Source of the DNA: Somniosus microcephalus
Lineage: Eukaryota
DNA: 64,000 nt
Direction: 5' to 3'
NCBI GenBank assembly: GCA_052327205.1
Contig: CM126233.1
Coordinates: forward strand, 3,472,001 to 3,536,000
Shown here: positions 24,301-37,079 of the stretch, one piece after another
Position numbering within the stretch: position 1 is the first letter of the stretch
Layout: each line of letters begins with the position of its first letter
The notes under the pieces: generated by a model
Seen by the model: only the letters and a program-made list of their open reading frames with translations
Told to the model about the DNA's origin: nothing
Database searches by the model: none
Made by a program: the position numbers and the translations under genes

Positions 24301-26463
24301 TTACACCCACTGAACACCCTACTGCAAACAGGGATACCATGGAAGTGGAATGACAAACGTAGACGAGCTTTCCAGAAGTGTAAAGAATTGATCACATCAA
24401 AAGAGGTGTTGGCCCATTTCAACCCAGCACTACCAATTCGTTTGGCATGTGATGCATCACCCTATGGTATTGGAGCGGTGCTGTCGCACAAATTCCCAGA
24501 TGGGTTGGAGAGGCCAGTAGCCTTTGCGTCTCGGTCACTAACCTCAGCCGAGCGCAACTATGCCCAGATTGACAGGGAGGCCCTCAGCCTTGTATGGGAA
24601 GTAAAAAAATTCAACCACTATCTTGCTTGGGCAGAAGTTCACCTTGCTGACTGACCACCAACCACTTGTCTCCATCTTTAATCCTAAGAAGGGCATTCCA
24701 GTAATGACGGCACAATGGTTACAAAGATGGTCCCTGTTTCTAGTGGCGAATCAATATGAAATAGAATATAACGGCACGAAACAGCATGGAAATGCTGATG
24801 GGCTATCGCGCCTGCCACTGCCTACTGTGGAGGAAGCACCAGCAGTGGACCCTATCGAGATATTTTATTCGTCGATAATTGAACGATTGCCAGTAACGAA
24901 CGCGGATATAGAGAAGGAGACCCGCAATGATCCGACGCTATCTCGGGTATATGATTTGACGGTGAGGGGATGGCCAACACATGGCGACTCACTGTTGCCA
25001 GCATTCTCATCCAGAAGAGAACAGCTGTCAGTATGCCAGGGGACAGTGATGTGTGGATCCAGAGTGGTGATTCCACCCAAGTTAAGGGAGAGAGTGCTAA
25101 ATGAGCGACATGAAGGTCATCTGGGGGGAGTGAAAATGAAAAGCCTTGCTAGAGCTTATGTGTGGTGGCCGGGAATTGATCAACAAATCGAAGACCTAAC
25201 CAAGAGCTGCTCAGGATGCCAGAAGGTCCAAAATGCACCACCACATGCCCCTCTACACCCATGGGAGTGGCCCTCCTCTCCATGGCAATGGGTGCATATT
25301 GATTTTGCTGGTCCATTCATGGACTCAATGTTCTTAATAGCAATGGATGCTCATTCGAAGTGGCCTGAGGTGATAAAAATGTCCTCAACCACTACAGAGA
25401 AAACGATTGCAGTCCTACGGACCATATTTGCCAGAAACGGCTTGCCAGAGCAGATTTGCTCTGATAATGGAGCACAGTTTGTGTCTGAAGAGTTTTGAAA
25501 ATTTATGAGAAGGAATGGGGTAAGGCATTACACATCCGCCCCGTATCATCCAGCCACAAATGGATTGGCTGAGAGGTTCGTACAAACCTTTAAGAAGGCG
25601 ATAAAGGCCATGTGCGACGATGAAATTCCACTACAGCATAAGGTGGACAATTTCTTATTAGCCTACCGAAACACGACACGACCAACCAGACCCCGGCCAT
25701 GATGTTCTTTAACCGAAGGTTGCGATCTCGTCTGGACTTGCTTAGACCAAATGTGCGAAGAAATGTTGAGGATAAACAATTCCAGCACATCAATGAGAAG
25801 CCAACAAGGCGCTTCAATGTAGGACAACCAGTCTTGGCCCGTGACTACCGAACAGAGAAATGGCAACCCGGAACGATATGCACACGGCAGGGGCCATTAA
25901 TGTACACAGTGCATGTCGGGGAGAACATTGTGAGACGCCACGTTGATCAGGTCTTAGCGTCACAGGAACGAGTCAACCCCATGTCTTGCGTACCTGGGGA
26001 TGAACCCGACATACCGGTAGCATCTACCTCCGAACCAGTAGCAGTGGAACCCGATGAACTAACCGATGAAAAGGGGCCAGAATCGCCTCCGCACCAAGAA
26101 CAAGAACCTTAGGAAAGGCGCTATCCCGAAAGGATCAGGAAGCATCCCCAAAGACTGAATCTATAAATGGGCTATTGTTGTTTAATGTACATGTTAAAGT
26201 GTTAATTGTTATTTGAATATTATGGGTACTACTAATCTAAAAGGGGAGGAATTGTAGTGTATGTACCTTTAAGGGAGAACTACTTTTACAGCTCCTGTAT
26301 ACTGTAGTACCGGCAGTGACCACACCGGTATATAAGCCTTGAGCATGCCTCTGTACCCCAGTCTTGAGACTACCCTACTCCAGTAAATACCTGTTGATTG
26401 TTAAGTTACAGCATCCGTGTGGTTATTGAAAAACATCATACTCTCCGAATCATGGATCTAACA
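21400..26463 (+). mobile_element. Ty3/Gypsy LTR retrotransposon, copy 1, decayed
   Basis: LTRs 21400-21610 and 26253-26463; PBS TGGCGACGAG; PPT AAAAGGGGAGGAA; TSD GTAAA/GTAAC. Confidence 0.95.
22208..26166 (+). pseudogene. gag-pol of Gypsy copy 1 with multiple stops and frameshifts
   Basis: Two CCHC knuckles, LDTGS protease, YLDD RT, LACDAS RNase H, HHCC/DDE integrase spread over several broken ORFs. Confidence 0.9.
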
Positions 26464-26799
26464 GTAACGATCCAGGAACAGGAAGAGAAGCTACTGCAGG
26501 TTAATTTCTGGCTACGATTAGATAGAAATAATGGAACCAGGCGAGGGCAGTCTCGGCCAGCTGTTAAATCCTTTTACACATCTCAATTATATCACTCACT
26601 AATCTTCTATGCTAAATGTAATACAAGCCTAGTCTATGCAACCTATCCTAATAAAATATTTTTACCCCCGTTGTCATTTCGTTACCTAAGAAGGTATAAA
26701 TATTACATAAATCCAACCAACAAACTTGTATTTTTAAAACAATGCCTAGAGACTGTCGTCAGACGATTTCACTCTTCTTGAGGAAAATGAAATAGAAGG

Positions 26800-27672
26800 T
26801 AACAACAGAAAATGCTGGAAATACTCAGCAGGCCAGGCAGCATCCGTGGAGAGAGAAACAGAGTTAACGATTCAGGACTGGGACCCTTCATCAGAACTGG
26901 GGAAAGCTGGAGATGTAACAGATATTAAGCGGGTGCAGAGACAGCGGGGGGGGGGGGGGGGGGAGGAAGGAATTGAAAGAACATCCTTTACTTTTAGGAA
27001 AGATAAAATGTCACAAATGGGAATGCCAAAATCATACAGCATGAAAAACCCAAACACCCCTTCCAGGTGAAACAGCGATTTACTTGTACTTCTTGCAATT
27101 TAGTATACTGTATTCGCTGCTCACGATGCGGTCTCCTCTACATTGGGGAGACCAAACGCAGATTGGGTGACCGCTTTGCGGAACACCTCCGTTCAGTCCG
27201 TAAGGGGGACCCCGAGCTTCCGCTCGCCTGTCACTTTAATTCTCTGCTTCACTCCCACTCTGATCTCTCTGTCCTCGGGCTATTGCATTGTTCCAATGAA
27301 GCTCAACGGAAGCTCGAGGAACAGCACCTCATCTTTCGATTGGGCACTTTACAGCCTGCCGGACTCAACATCGAGTTCAACAATTTCAGATAATTATCCC
27401 TGCCCCCATTTTTCATGCTGTATGATTTTGCCATTCCCATTTGCAACATTTTATCTTTCTCCTTCCTCCCCTCCTAAACCCCTCCCCCCCACCCACGTCT
27501 CTGCACCTGCTTAATATCTGTTACATCACCAGCCTTTTCCAGTTCTGATGAAGGGTCCCAGACCTGAAACGTTAACTCTGTTTCTCTCTCCACGGATGCT
27601 GCCTGGCCTGCTGAGTATTTCCAGCATTTTCTGTTGTTATTTCAGATTTCCAGCATCCGCAGTATTTTGCTA
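26800..27672 (+). mobile_element. Penelope-like element (Neptune-type) fragment: GIY-YIG endonuclease end and pseudo-LTR, with an inverted pLTR copy at the 5' end
   Basis: ORF 27067-27393 FTCTSCNLVYCIRC..YIGETKRRL..RFAEH..GLN; about 140-bp inverted repeats at 26800-26943 and 27498-27639. Confidence 0.9.
27541..27577 (+). ncRNA. Minimal type I hammerhead ribozyme in the Penelope pLTR
   Basis: AGTT-CTGATGA-agggtcccagacct-GAAA-CG-TT-AACT: conserved core, stem II hairpin, palindromic stem III (ACGT), stem I AGTT/AACT. Confidence 0.7.
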
Positions 27673-27814
27673 TTGTATGTAAGAGAGAGTTATAGGTTAA
27701 AACGTAACTTAGATTTGACTAACACCTGGATATGTAAAACTGAACCGGCACTGGATAGAGATGTATACTGTCAGCTCTGTTGTCTCCCAGCTCAAATGCT
27801 TACACGCTACTCAC

Positions 27815-27841
27815 CATCACTCTTCCCGCAGTCTTCCAATT
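27815..27841 (-). CDS. Putative 27-nt phase-1 micro-exon (ELEDCGKSD) with GG in place of AG at the acceptor; an in-frame 18-nt alternative exists
   Basis: ctattgttcattttccatgg|AATTGG...GTGATG|gtgagt. Confidence 0.4.
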
Positions 27842-28026
27842 CCATGGAAAATGAACAATAGTTGTAGTGTGAGTGAGGATATTCCGATTCAGTACATAAT
27901 AAAACTGATCATACAGATATATCTCTTCTGAATTCACATCGAAGAATCGTGAAGTCTTGAAAAGCATCATACGACATACATACAAAACACTTTGTAAAGT
28001 GCAGTACAGATATTGTTCTTGATTAC

Positions 28027-28053
28027 CTAGCTGGCATTGGCGAAGCTTTTCCT
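28027..28053 (-). CDS. Putative 27-nt phase-1 micro-exon (EEKLRQCQL)
   Basis: ttcttcatttttatag|AGGAAA...AGCTAG|gtaatc. Confidence 0.6.
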   Translation of the reverse strand, partial: RKSFANAS

Positions 28054-29773
28054 CTATAAAAATGAAGAACAATTGTAGTATAATTGAATCTAAGAACGGC
28101 ACACGACAGAAGGAGATCATTCGGCCCATTCTTTCTGTGCGGCCTCTTCGAAAGATCTATGCAGTTAGTCCCACTCGCCCTGCTCCTTCGTCATAGCTCT
28201 GTGAATGATTCAGCTGCAAATATGATTCAATTACCTTTAGAGACTTACGATTGAATCTCCTTCAATCAGCCTTACAAGCAGTGCATTCCAGATCATATAA
28301 AATCGCCGCATGATAACAATTCTCTTCATCTCGCCTCTGCTCTTTTTGCCAATTACCTTAAGTATGTGTCCTTTGCCTCTGCCAGTGGGAGCAATTTCTC
28401 CACATTGATTCTATCAAAAACCCTGTATAAAATTGAAGATCTCTAATAAATCTCACCTTAACCTTATCTATTCCAAGAAGAATCATCCCAGCTTCCCGAG
28501 ACTCACCACATATCTTATGTCTCAAATGCACTGTGCCATTCTAGTATTTCTCCTCTACACCTGCTCCAAGGCCGTAACTTATTTCTTAAAGTGTCAATCG
28601 TGAAGGTATACAAGCAGCGATATTAGGAATGCTGTCTAAGATGTTGGCCATGACACGATAGATGCGGGAGCTGGCCGCGTAGAATGCAGCCCAGCTCGGC
28701 CTGAATTCAACCAACCATGTCCCAGACATATATCTGTGCTGAAAAAATCTTCTTTAAATTATCAAACAACGAGGTAATTGAAACTATTAGCCATGGTGTG
28801 AATTTCAATGCAACATGATATAGGGCGTGGAGGTTTCCAGCCACATTGTGAGCATCAGATTCAATGGAAACGGGGCAAAATCATTTTACAGGGATCATAC
28901 CAGAACTGAGAGGATATAACTTCCAGGAACGAGTGAACAGGTTGGGGCTCCTTTCTGTAGAATATAGAACGCTCAGAGCTAACCTGATAGAGGTCGTTAA
29001 GATTATGCAGGTGTTTGATGGAGAACACGGCGTGTGTGGGAGACAGAAACAAAAAACTATCAATGTAAGAGAGTCACTAATAGACGATTAAAGAGAAACT
29101 TTGTTACCCGGAGAGCAGCGAGAATGTGAAACTCGCTACCCCAATGAATAGTTGAAGCGAAGAGCATTGATGAATGTAAGGGGATTCTAGATTTTTAAAG
29201 GATGGAGGAAGGAATAGAAGAACGTGTTTACAGGGCGCCATGAAATAAGGTGGCAGGAGGCTCGTGTGAAGAATAAACACCAGTATTGACCAGTTGGGCT
29301 GAATGTCCTGTTTCTGTTCTGCAAGTTCTTTATAATTTATTGAGTTTCAGGCCTTGATTGTTAAATGTTTTGACATTAGGGAGGAATTGTGACCTTGGGG
29401 GAAACGGTGATGTGTGCTTTATCGGATCAGACAGCCACCTACAGCTACCCCGACTTGCATATCCATTGACTTCGATGGGAATGCTACTTGGACGAGATGC
29501 AGAATGGTTGGCCTGTTCGACATCACCTATTTTACACTTTTGCCCAAAGTCACCATTACCTCCTTAGTACAGTTCAACTTCAACTGTCTTCCATGCATTG
29601 CTAATGTTGACCTCCACACAGAGAAACATAGAAGATAGGAGCAGGAGTCGGCCATTCGGCCCCTCGAGCTTGCTCCGCCTTTCAATGAGATCATGGCTGA
29701 TCATCCAAATTCAGTACCCTGTCCCTGCTTTCTCCCCATACCCCTTGATCCCTTTAGCCTTAAGAAATATATC

Positions 29774-32700
29774 TGTAGTGTATGTGCCTTTAAGTCAGAA
29801 CTACTTCTTACAGCTCCTGTATACTGTAGTACCGGCAGTGACCACACCGGTATATAAGCTGTGCGCATGCCTCTGTACCTGAGTCTAGAGATTACCCTCC
29901 TCCAGTAAAGACCTGTTATTTGTTAATGTACAGCATCTGTGTGATTATTTATCCACTGAACCACGGATCTAACAGTGGCGAAGAGTGTCGATTCGAATCT
30001 AACTGTAACATAAAAAAAAAATAGTCGAGTCCAGGAACACGGGCGTCGACCGCGAGCAACCGCCCAGCAGTCAGGCAGAGATCCAACTTCGCTGGGGAGG
30101 CTGTGGAGAGCCGGGCTTGGTTCCCCAGCCACAACGAGCAGTAAGAGACCGACGACAGGTCCAGAGCAGACCCTTCCCGAGCAGCGGCGGCTGGAGCCGA
30201 CCGACGGCGGAGAGAGAGAGCCGAGCAGCGTTGATGGGGTAAGAAAGAGGGTGAAGAGAGCAGGGCGCAGCCGGGGGTTGATCACCGAACGGCGTCGAGG
30301 AAAAATACTGCAAACCGGAGAGAGAGAGGGTAAGAAACAGTCGGGTTCTAGACTGAGCGGCATCGACAAATATCAAGAGAAGAACATGCAGAGCACAGCC
30401 AGGGATCACGGGCTGATCAGGGTCCGCGGGGCAAAGCAAGGGGAGATGCCACTGAGCCACGGAGAAGCAGGGAGAGCGCGGGAGATGCCATTGAGCTGCG
30501 GAGAAGCAGGGAGAGCGCGGGAGGCGCCATTGAGCCGCGGAGAAGGAAGAGCGTAGGAGACGCCATTTTGCAAAGCCGCAGCGGAGAAGATGGGCAAGCG
30601 CGGGAAGGAAGGAAAGCACGGGAGACACCATTTTGTGCCAGCGGAGAAGAAGGGGAAGCGCGGGAGGCGCCATTGGTGATAGTTAACGCACAAGCAAGGA
30701 TGCCGAAGAGTGGCAGTATCTCTACGTTCGACAATGAAGTCGAAGATTGGGCGACATATGTGGAACGTATTGAGGTGTACTGCAGGGTGAATGAAGTGCC
30801 AGATGCTAATAAAGCATTGGTTCTGTTAAATTCCATGGGTGCAAAAACTTATGGGTTACTGCGAAATCTAATAACCCCAGAGAAGCCGGTAAACAAGAAT
30901 TTTGAAAGCATAGTAGAAATCCTACAGGACCACTTAAACCCCACACCGCTGCTGATAGCAGAACGATTTAAGTTCCATAAAAGGAACCAACACAAAGATG
31001 AAAGCAATGCTGAGTACATAACGGAACTGCGCAAGCTATCGAAATACTGCCAGTTTGGAGCGCGACTATCAGATACGTTAAGGGACAAGTTTGTGTGTGG
31101 GCTACAAAGTGAAGGAACCCAGAAACGGCTTCTATCAGAAAAGGACCTTACGCTGGACAAAGCTTTCAGTATGGCAGTATCACACGAAGCAGCCGCAAGG
31201 GGCGCTGCAGAGATACAACGGAGACCGCAAGAATATGGCACCAACGAAATGACCTATGGAACAGGGAAGTGCGATCGCTGCGGCAGAACAACACATGACC
31301 AGAAAGATTGTTGGTTCAAGGACCAAGTGTGCAGACAGTGTGGGAAAGCAGGACACATAGCAAGAGTCTGCAGGTCTGGGAAGAAAACCAACAGTAAGAA
31401 ATCTCCACAGGAGAAGTACAAAAAGGTACACCAGGTGATGGACAGTGGATCAGACGAACAGAAAAGTGACACAGACTCCGGAAGCAAGGAGCTGGGTTGT
31501 CTGAAACTACATAATGTAACTGAAATGGAGGATCACCAGACTATCTGGGTTACACTCAAGATAGACGGAGTCCAAGTGGAAATGGAATTGGACACAGGGT
31601 CAGCTCCAACAGTCATAAATCAAAGAGACTACAAGCGGCTATTTTCACACATACCCTTGAAAGCTACAGAGATTGTCTTGAAGACGTATACGGGGCAAAA
31701 AGTCTACCCCAAAGGGAAAATAAGGGTGAAAGTTACAAATAAAGGTCAGGAAACACCTAAAATGGATATATATGTATTGCCAAATGGAGGACCACGACTG
31801 CTAGGACGTGAATGGATCCGGAAGATACAATTAGATTGGCATTCCATACAGGCACTGAAGGTTGAGGCCAAAAAGGATGACGACGTCACACCTGGCCGAC
31901 TGTCAAAAATGCTAACTGACGCAAAAGAAGTGTTCCAGGAGGGACTAGGAACACTAAAAGGAATAACAGCAACAATTAAAATAGAGGGAAATGCAAGCCC
32001 AAAGTTTCTGAAGGCCAGACCAGTGCCTTATGCAATCAGACCAGCGGTTGAAGCAGAGCTGGAAGGGTTGGAACGTTCAGGAGTACTGTCCAAAGTGGAC
32101 TGGAGCGAGTGGGCTACACCCATCATTCCTGTAATGAAGAGGTCGTTGAGTAATACGCCTGGGGAACCAAAGAAGGTCCGCATCTGTGGGGATTTTAAGG
32201 TGACAGTGAACCCAGTCCTTCACACGGTGCAATATCCGCTTCCACGAATTGAGGATATTTTCGCCTCGCTATCTGGTGGTAAACGCTTCACCAAAATTGA
32301 CTAGCCCAGGCGTACTTGCAAATGGAGGTAGAAGAAGCTTCGAATCATTACCTTACGATCAACACCCATAAAGGTCGCTATCAATACAGCCGGCGGGTGT
32401 TTGGAGTAGCCTCGGCTCTGGCTATCTGGCAAAGGGCGATGGATCAGGTCCTGCAAGGGATTCCAGGGACCCAGTGTTATTTGGACGACATCTTGGTCAC
32501 GGGCGAAAATGAAAGTGATCACCTCGCTAACTTGGAGAAGGTGCTCGCCAGATTAAAGGAATATGGGCTGCGAGCTAATCGCCACAAGTGCGAGTTTTTC
32601 CAGAAACAGATCTCGTATTGCGGCCATGTCATCGATGAAGAGGGGTTACATAAGTCCCCTGACAAGATTGAGGCAGTAGTCAAGGCTCCAGCACTGGAAA

Positions 32701-34934
32701 ATGTGTCACAACTGAGGTCGTTCCTCGGGCTGGTAAACTATTACCACAAGTTCTTACCAACTTTGTCTGCGGTATTACACCCGCTGAACACCCTACTGCA
32801 AACAGGGGTATCATGGAAGTGGGATGACGAATGGAGACGAGCTTTCCAGAAGTGTAAAGAATTGATCACATCAAAAGAGGTGTTGGCCCATTTCAACCCA
32901 GCACTACCAATTCGTTTGGCATGTGATGCATCACCCTACGGCATTGGAGCGATGCTGTCGCACAAATTCCCAGATGGGTTGGAGAGGCCAGTAGCCTTTG
33001 CGTCTCGGTCACTAACCTCAGCCGAGCGCAACTACGCCCAGGTTGACAGGGAGGCCCTCAGCCTAGTATGGGGAGTAAAAAAATTCAACGACTATCTGCA
33101 TGGGCAGAAGTTCACCTTGCTGACTGACCACCAACCACTTGTCTCCATCTTTAATCCTAAGAAGGGCGTGCCAGTAATGACTGCACAACGGTTACAAAGA
33201 TGGTCCCTGTTTCTAGGGGCGAATCAATATGAAATAGAATAGAAAGGCATGAAACAGCATGGGAACACTGATGGGCTATCGCGCCTGCCACTGCCTACTG
33301 TGGAGGAAGCACCAGCAGTGGACCCTATCAAGATATTTTGTTCGGCGATAATTGAACGATTGCCAGTAACAAACGCGGATATAGAGAAGGAGACCCGCAA
33401 TGATCCGACGCTGTCACGGGTATATGAATTGACGGTGAGGGGATGGCCAACACATGGCGACTCACTGTTGCCAGCATTCTCATCCAGAAGAGAACAGCTG
33501 TCAGTAAGCCAGGGGACAGTGATGTGTGGATCCAGAGTGGTGATTCCACCCAAGTTAAGGGAGAGAGTGCTAAATGAGCTACATGAAGGTCATCTGGAGG
33601 GAGTTAAAATGGAAAGCCTTGCTAGGGCTTATGTGTGGTGGCCGGGAATCGATCAACAAATCGAAGACCTAACTAAGAGCTGCTTAGGATGCCAGAATGT
33701 CCAAAATGCACCACCACATGGCCCTCTACACCCATGGGAGTGGCCATCCTCTCCATGGCAATGGGTGCACATTGATTTTGTTGGTCCATTCATGGACTCA
33801 ATGTTCTTAATAGCAGTGGATGCTCATTCAAAGTGACCTGAGGTGATAAAGATGTCTTCAACCACTACAGAGAAAACGATTGCAGTCCTATGGACCATAT
33901 TTGCCAGAAACGGTTTGCCAGAGCAGATCTGCTGTGATAATGGACCACAGTTTGTGTCCGACGAGTTCCAAAAATTCATGAAAAGGAATGGGGTAAGGCA
34001 TTACACATCCGCCCCGTATCACCCAGCCACCAATGGATTGGCTGAGAGGTTCGTACAAACCTTTAAGAAGGCGATAAAGGCCATGTGCGACGAGGAAATT
34101 CCACTACAGCATAAGATGGACAATTTCTTATTAGCCTACCGAAACGCGACACATGCAGTTACCAACCAGACCCCGGCCATGATGTTCTTTAACCGAAGGT
34201 TGAGATCTCGTCTGGACTTGCTCAGACCAAATGTGCGAAGAGATGTTGAGGACAAACAATTCCAGCACATCAACGAGAAGCCGACAAGGAGCTTCAATGT
34301 AGGGCAACCAGTCTTGGCCCGGGACTATCGAACAGAGAAGTGGCAACCCGGAATGATATGTACAAGGCAGGGGCCATTAATGTACACATTGGATGTCGGG
34401 GAGAACATTGTGAGACGCCACGTTGATCAGATCTTAGCGTCACAGGAATGCGTCAACCCCATGTCTCGAGTACCTGGGGATGAACCCGACATACCGGTAG
34501 CATTTACTTCAGAACCAGTAGCAGTGGAACCCGATGAACTACCCGATGAAAAGGGGTCAGAATCGCCTCTGCACCAAGAACAAGGACCTCTGGAAAGGCG
34601 CTATCCCGAAAGGGTCAGGAAGCCGCCCCAAAGACCGAATCTATAAATGGACTTTTGTTATTGAATGTACATGTAAAAATGTAATTGTTATTTGAATGTT
34701 AAGGGGGTATTATTAATCTAAAAAGGGAGGAATTTTAGTGTATGTACCTTTAAGTCAGAACTACTTTTTACAGCTCCTGTATACTTTAGTACCGGCAGTG
34801 ACCACAACGGTATATAAGCTGTGCGCATGGCTCTGTACCCCAGTCTAGAGATTACCCTCCTCCAGTAAAGACCTTTTATTTGTTAATGTACAGCATCTGT
34901 GTGATTATTTATCCACTGAACCATGGATCTAACA
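29774..34934 (+). mobile_element. Ty3/Gypsy LTR retrotransposon, copy 2
   Basis: LTRs 29774-29974 and 34734-34934; perfect 5-bp TSD ATATC; PBS TGGCGAAGAG; PPT. Confidence 0.95.
30700..34646 (+). pseudogene. gag-pol of Gypsy copy 2 (frameshift near 32302, stops at 33240 and 33834)
   Basis: ORFs 30568-32304, 32316-33242, 33249-33836 and 33843-34646 cover Gag-PR-RT-RH-IN. Confidence 0.9.
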
Positions 34935-35678
34935 ATATCCAACTCCTTCTTGAATATATTTAATGAATTGGCCTCTACTGCCTTCTGTGGTAAAGAATTC
35001 CACAGGTTCACCACTCTTTGGTTGAAGAAATTCCTCCTCATCTCTTTCCTAAATGGCTTACCCCTTATCCTTAGACTGTGACCCCTGGTTCTGGAATCAC
35101 TGATCATCAGGAACATCCTTCCTGCATCTAGTCTGTCTAGTCCTGTTAGAATTTTATAATTTCAATGAGATCACCTCTCATTCTTCTAAACTCCAGCGAG
35201 TACAAGCCTAATCGATCCAATCTCTCCTCATACGTCATTCCTGCCATCCCAGGTATCAGCCTGGTGAATCTTCGCTGCACTCCTTCCATGGCAAGAACAT
35301 CCTTCCTCAGTTAAGGCGACCAAAACTGCACACAATACTCAAGATGTGGTCTCACCAAGTCCCTGTACAACTGCAGCAAGGCATCCTTGTTCCTGTACTC
35401 AAACCCTCTCGCTACGAAGGCCAACATACAATTTACCTTCTTAACCACCTGCTGCACCTGCATGCTTACCTGCAGCGACTGGTGCACAAGGACACCCAGG
35501 TCTCGTTGCACTTCCCCTTCTCCCAATCTATTGCAATTCAGATAATTATCTGCCTTCTTGTTTTTGACACCAAAGTTGATAAAATTGCATTTATCCATGT
35601 TATATTGCATCTGCCATGCTTCTGCCCAATCACCCAACCTGTCCAAATCATACGAACTCTCTTGAAGGTTGCTCTCAC

Positions 35679-35714
35679 CTGCATCTCTCAGAGCATCTTT
35701 CAAGTTGCGTATTT
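35679..35714 (-). CDS. Putative 36-nt phase-1 micro-exon (EIRNLKDALRDA)
   Basis: ctttttgcttttcag|AAATAC...ATGCAG|gtgaga. Confidence 0.65.
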
Positions 35715-36516
35715 CTGAAAAGCAAAAAGTAAGTATTGAGTAGTGGGCATGGATGCCATTAAGATAATTGAGGGCAATTTGACATGTTGGCGGCTGTGCA
35801 AAATGAGCCCTATCTCCTCTGGCACTGCCATAAACCACGCCCCATTTTAATTGCCGTTGACGTCAATCGGGCAGGGTTTATAACAGGTGGTTGCTGCGCT
35901 ACCCCGTGATTCACAGCTCTACAGAAAATTGCATTTCAGCCGCATTATATTTCGCAAAGCTCTTTTCCCTGGGTTACTCAGTGGTAAATTACCATAAACA
36001 AGTATGGCGGGCAGGCCCATACTTCCTCTGAAGCGTCCAAAATTAATTTCTAGCCCTTTAAATTAAGAACTTAATAACTTCTACCTGTTAACGAATCATA
36101 AAGTCATAGAATGATACACCACACAAGCTGGCCATTCGGCCCAACATGCCGGTGCTGGCTCTTTGAATGAGCTATCCAATTAGTTGCACTACACCAGCGC
36201 TTTCCGCAGAACCGTTTTTCCATTTCAAGTATCCATCCAATTTCCTTTTCAGAGGTATTATTGGAGCTGACTTCACCACCATTGCAGATATTAGGAGCTC
36301 GATACTGAAAATATTCTTCTCATCTCGCCTCTTGTCCTGTTGCCAATTATCTTTAGGTGGTGTCCTAGTTTACCGACTCTTCTGCCACGGGAAATAGCTC
36401 CCGACCAAGCCCAATTTATCCCCGAAATGATCTGAAGGGTGGCTACATCAGCATTATAACACTTATACCCCTGTACCTCATTATTATTACAATTTAAACT
36501 CCTTTGTGATAGTTAC

Positions 36517-36543
36517 CGTTATCCTTCTCCACTTGCGATTTTG
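36517..36543 (-). CDS. Putative 27-nt phase-1 micro-exon (AKSQVEKDN)
   Basis: tatttacctcgttatag|CAAAAT...ATAACG|gtaact. Confidence 0.55.
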
Positions 36544-36729
36544 CTATAACGAGGTAAATAGTTAATTGCATTAGTAATATTTATGTAACATTGTGCTAAT
36601 ATGTTTTCAGATATTTTCATATTTAGCGGACTGAAAACACATACGTTGTATTGAAATATGAATGTATTTTTGTTTTTACTTTGACTGTTATTTCAAAACG
36701 ACAATACATTGATTTAAGAGGACGAGCCA

Positions 36730-36990
36730 GTGGAAAAATTGGCCAGCTGACGCCTCGTAACTCTCGAAAATGGCGTCCGAGATGCGCGCTCACACTTCTG
36801 ACGTGTAGTGCGCCGGACGCCATCTTGGTGAAGGAGTGTGCGCAGGCGATATCTTTCCCGAGCACCAGCAGCACGCAGAGCAGACAGATTGTGACGTTAA
36901 TCAGTTTGCAATGCTAACTTGATACTTGATTTGAGCAGGCTACACTCAAGCCAACGCCCGGCCTTAAACTCGCACAGTTGAACCAGGCGA
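36730..36990 (+). mobile_element. Harbinger left-end fragment
   Basis: Similar to the reverse complement of 39060-39250 (GAAAATGGCGTCC..GCAGAGCAGACAGAT..TGACGT). Confidence 0.5.
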
Positions 36991-37079
36991 TGGGACCAGA
37001 AATTCGGCCCTGGCGGTGGCGCAAAACCGACGGTATCGGATCAGTCGACCGTTATACGCAGCGCTTGATATTCAGTTCC

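Larger units (their letters stand above)
20380..26560 (-). mobile_element. L2-type LINE 3' fragment (20380-21399 and 26464-26560) split by Gypsy copy 1
   Basis: MSDIQFWMNRNFL, NLGVIFES, LADLHWLLVKQSLNFKIL and SFKMLLKT peptides; sequence is continuous across the Gypsy insertion. Confidence 0.8.
29621..35668 (-). mobile_element. Young CR1 3' fragment (29621-29773 and 34935-35668) split by Gypsy copy 2
   Basis: QRDLGVLVHQSL..LVRPHLEYCVQFWSP; same family as 60466-63333; continuous across TSD ATATC. Confidence 0.9.

Noticed and set aside
27800-28129. 109-aa ORF as a single coding exon
   Set aside because: Better explained as two micro-exons plus intron; no recognisable domain
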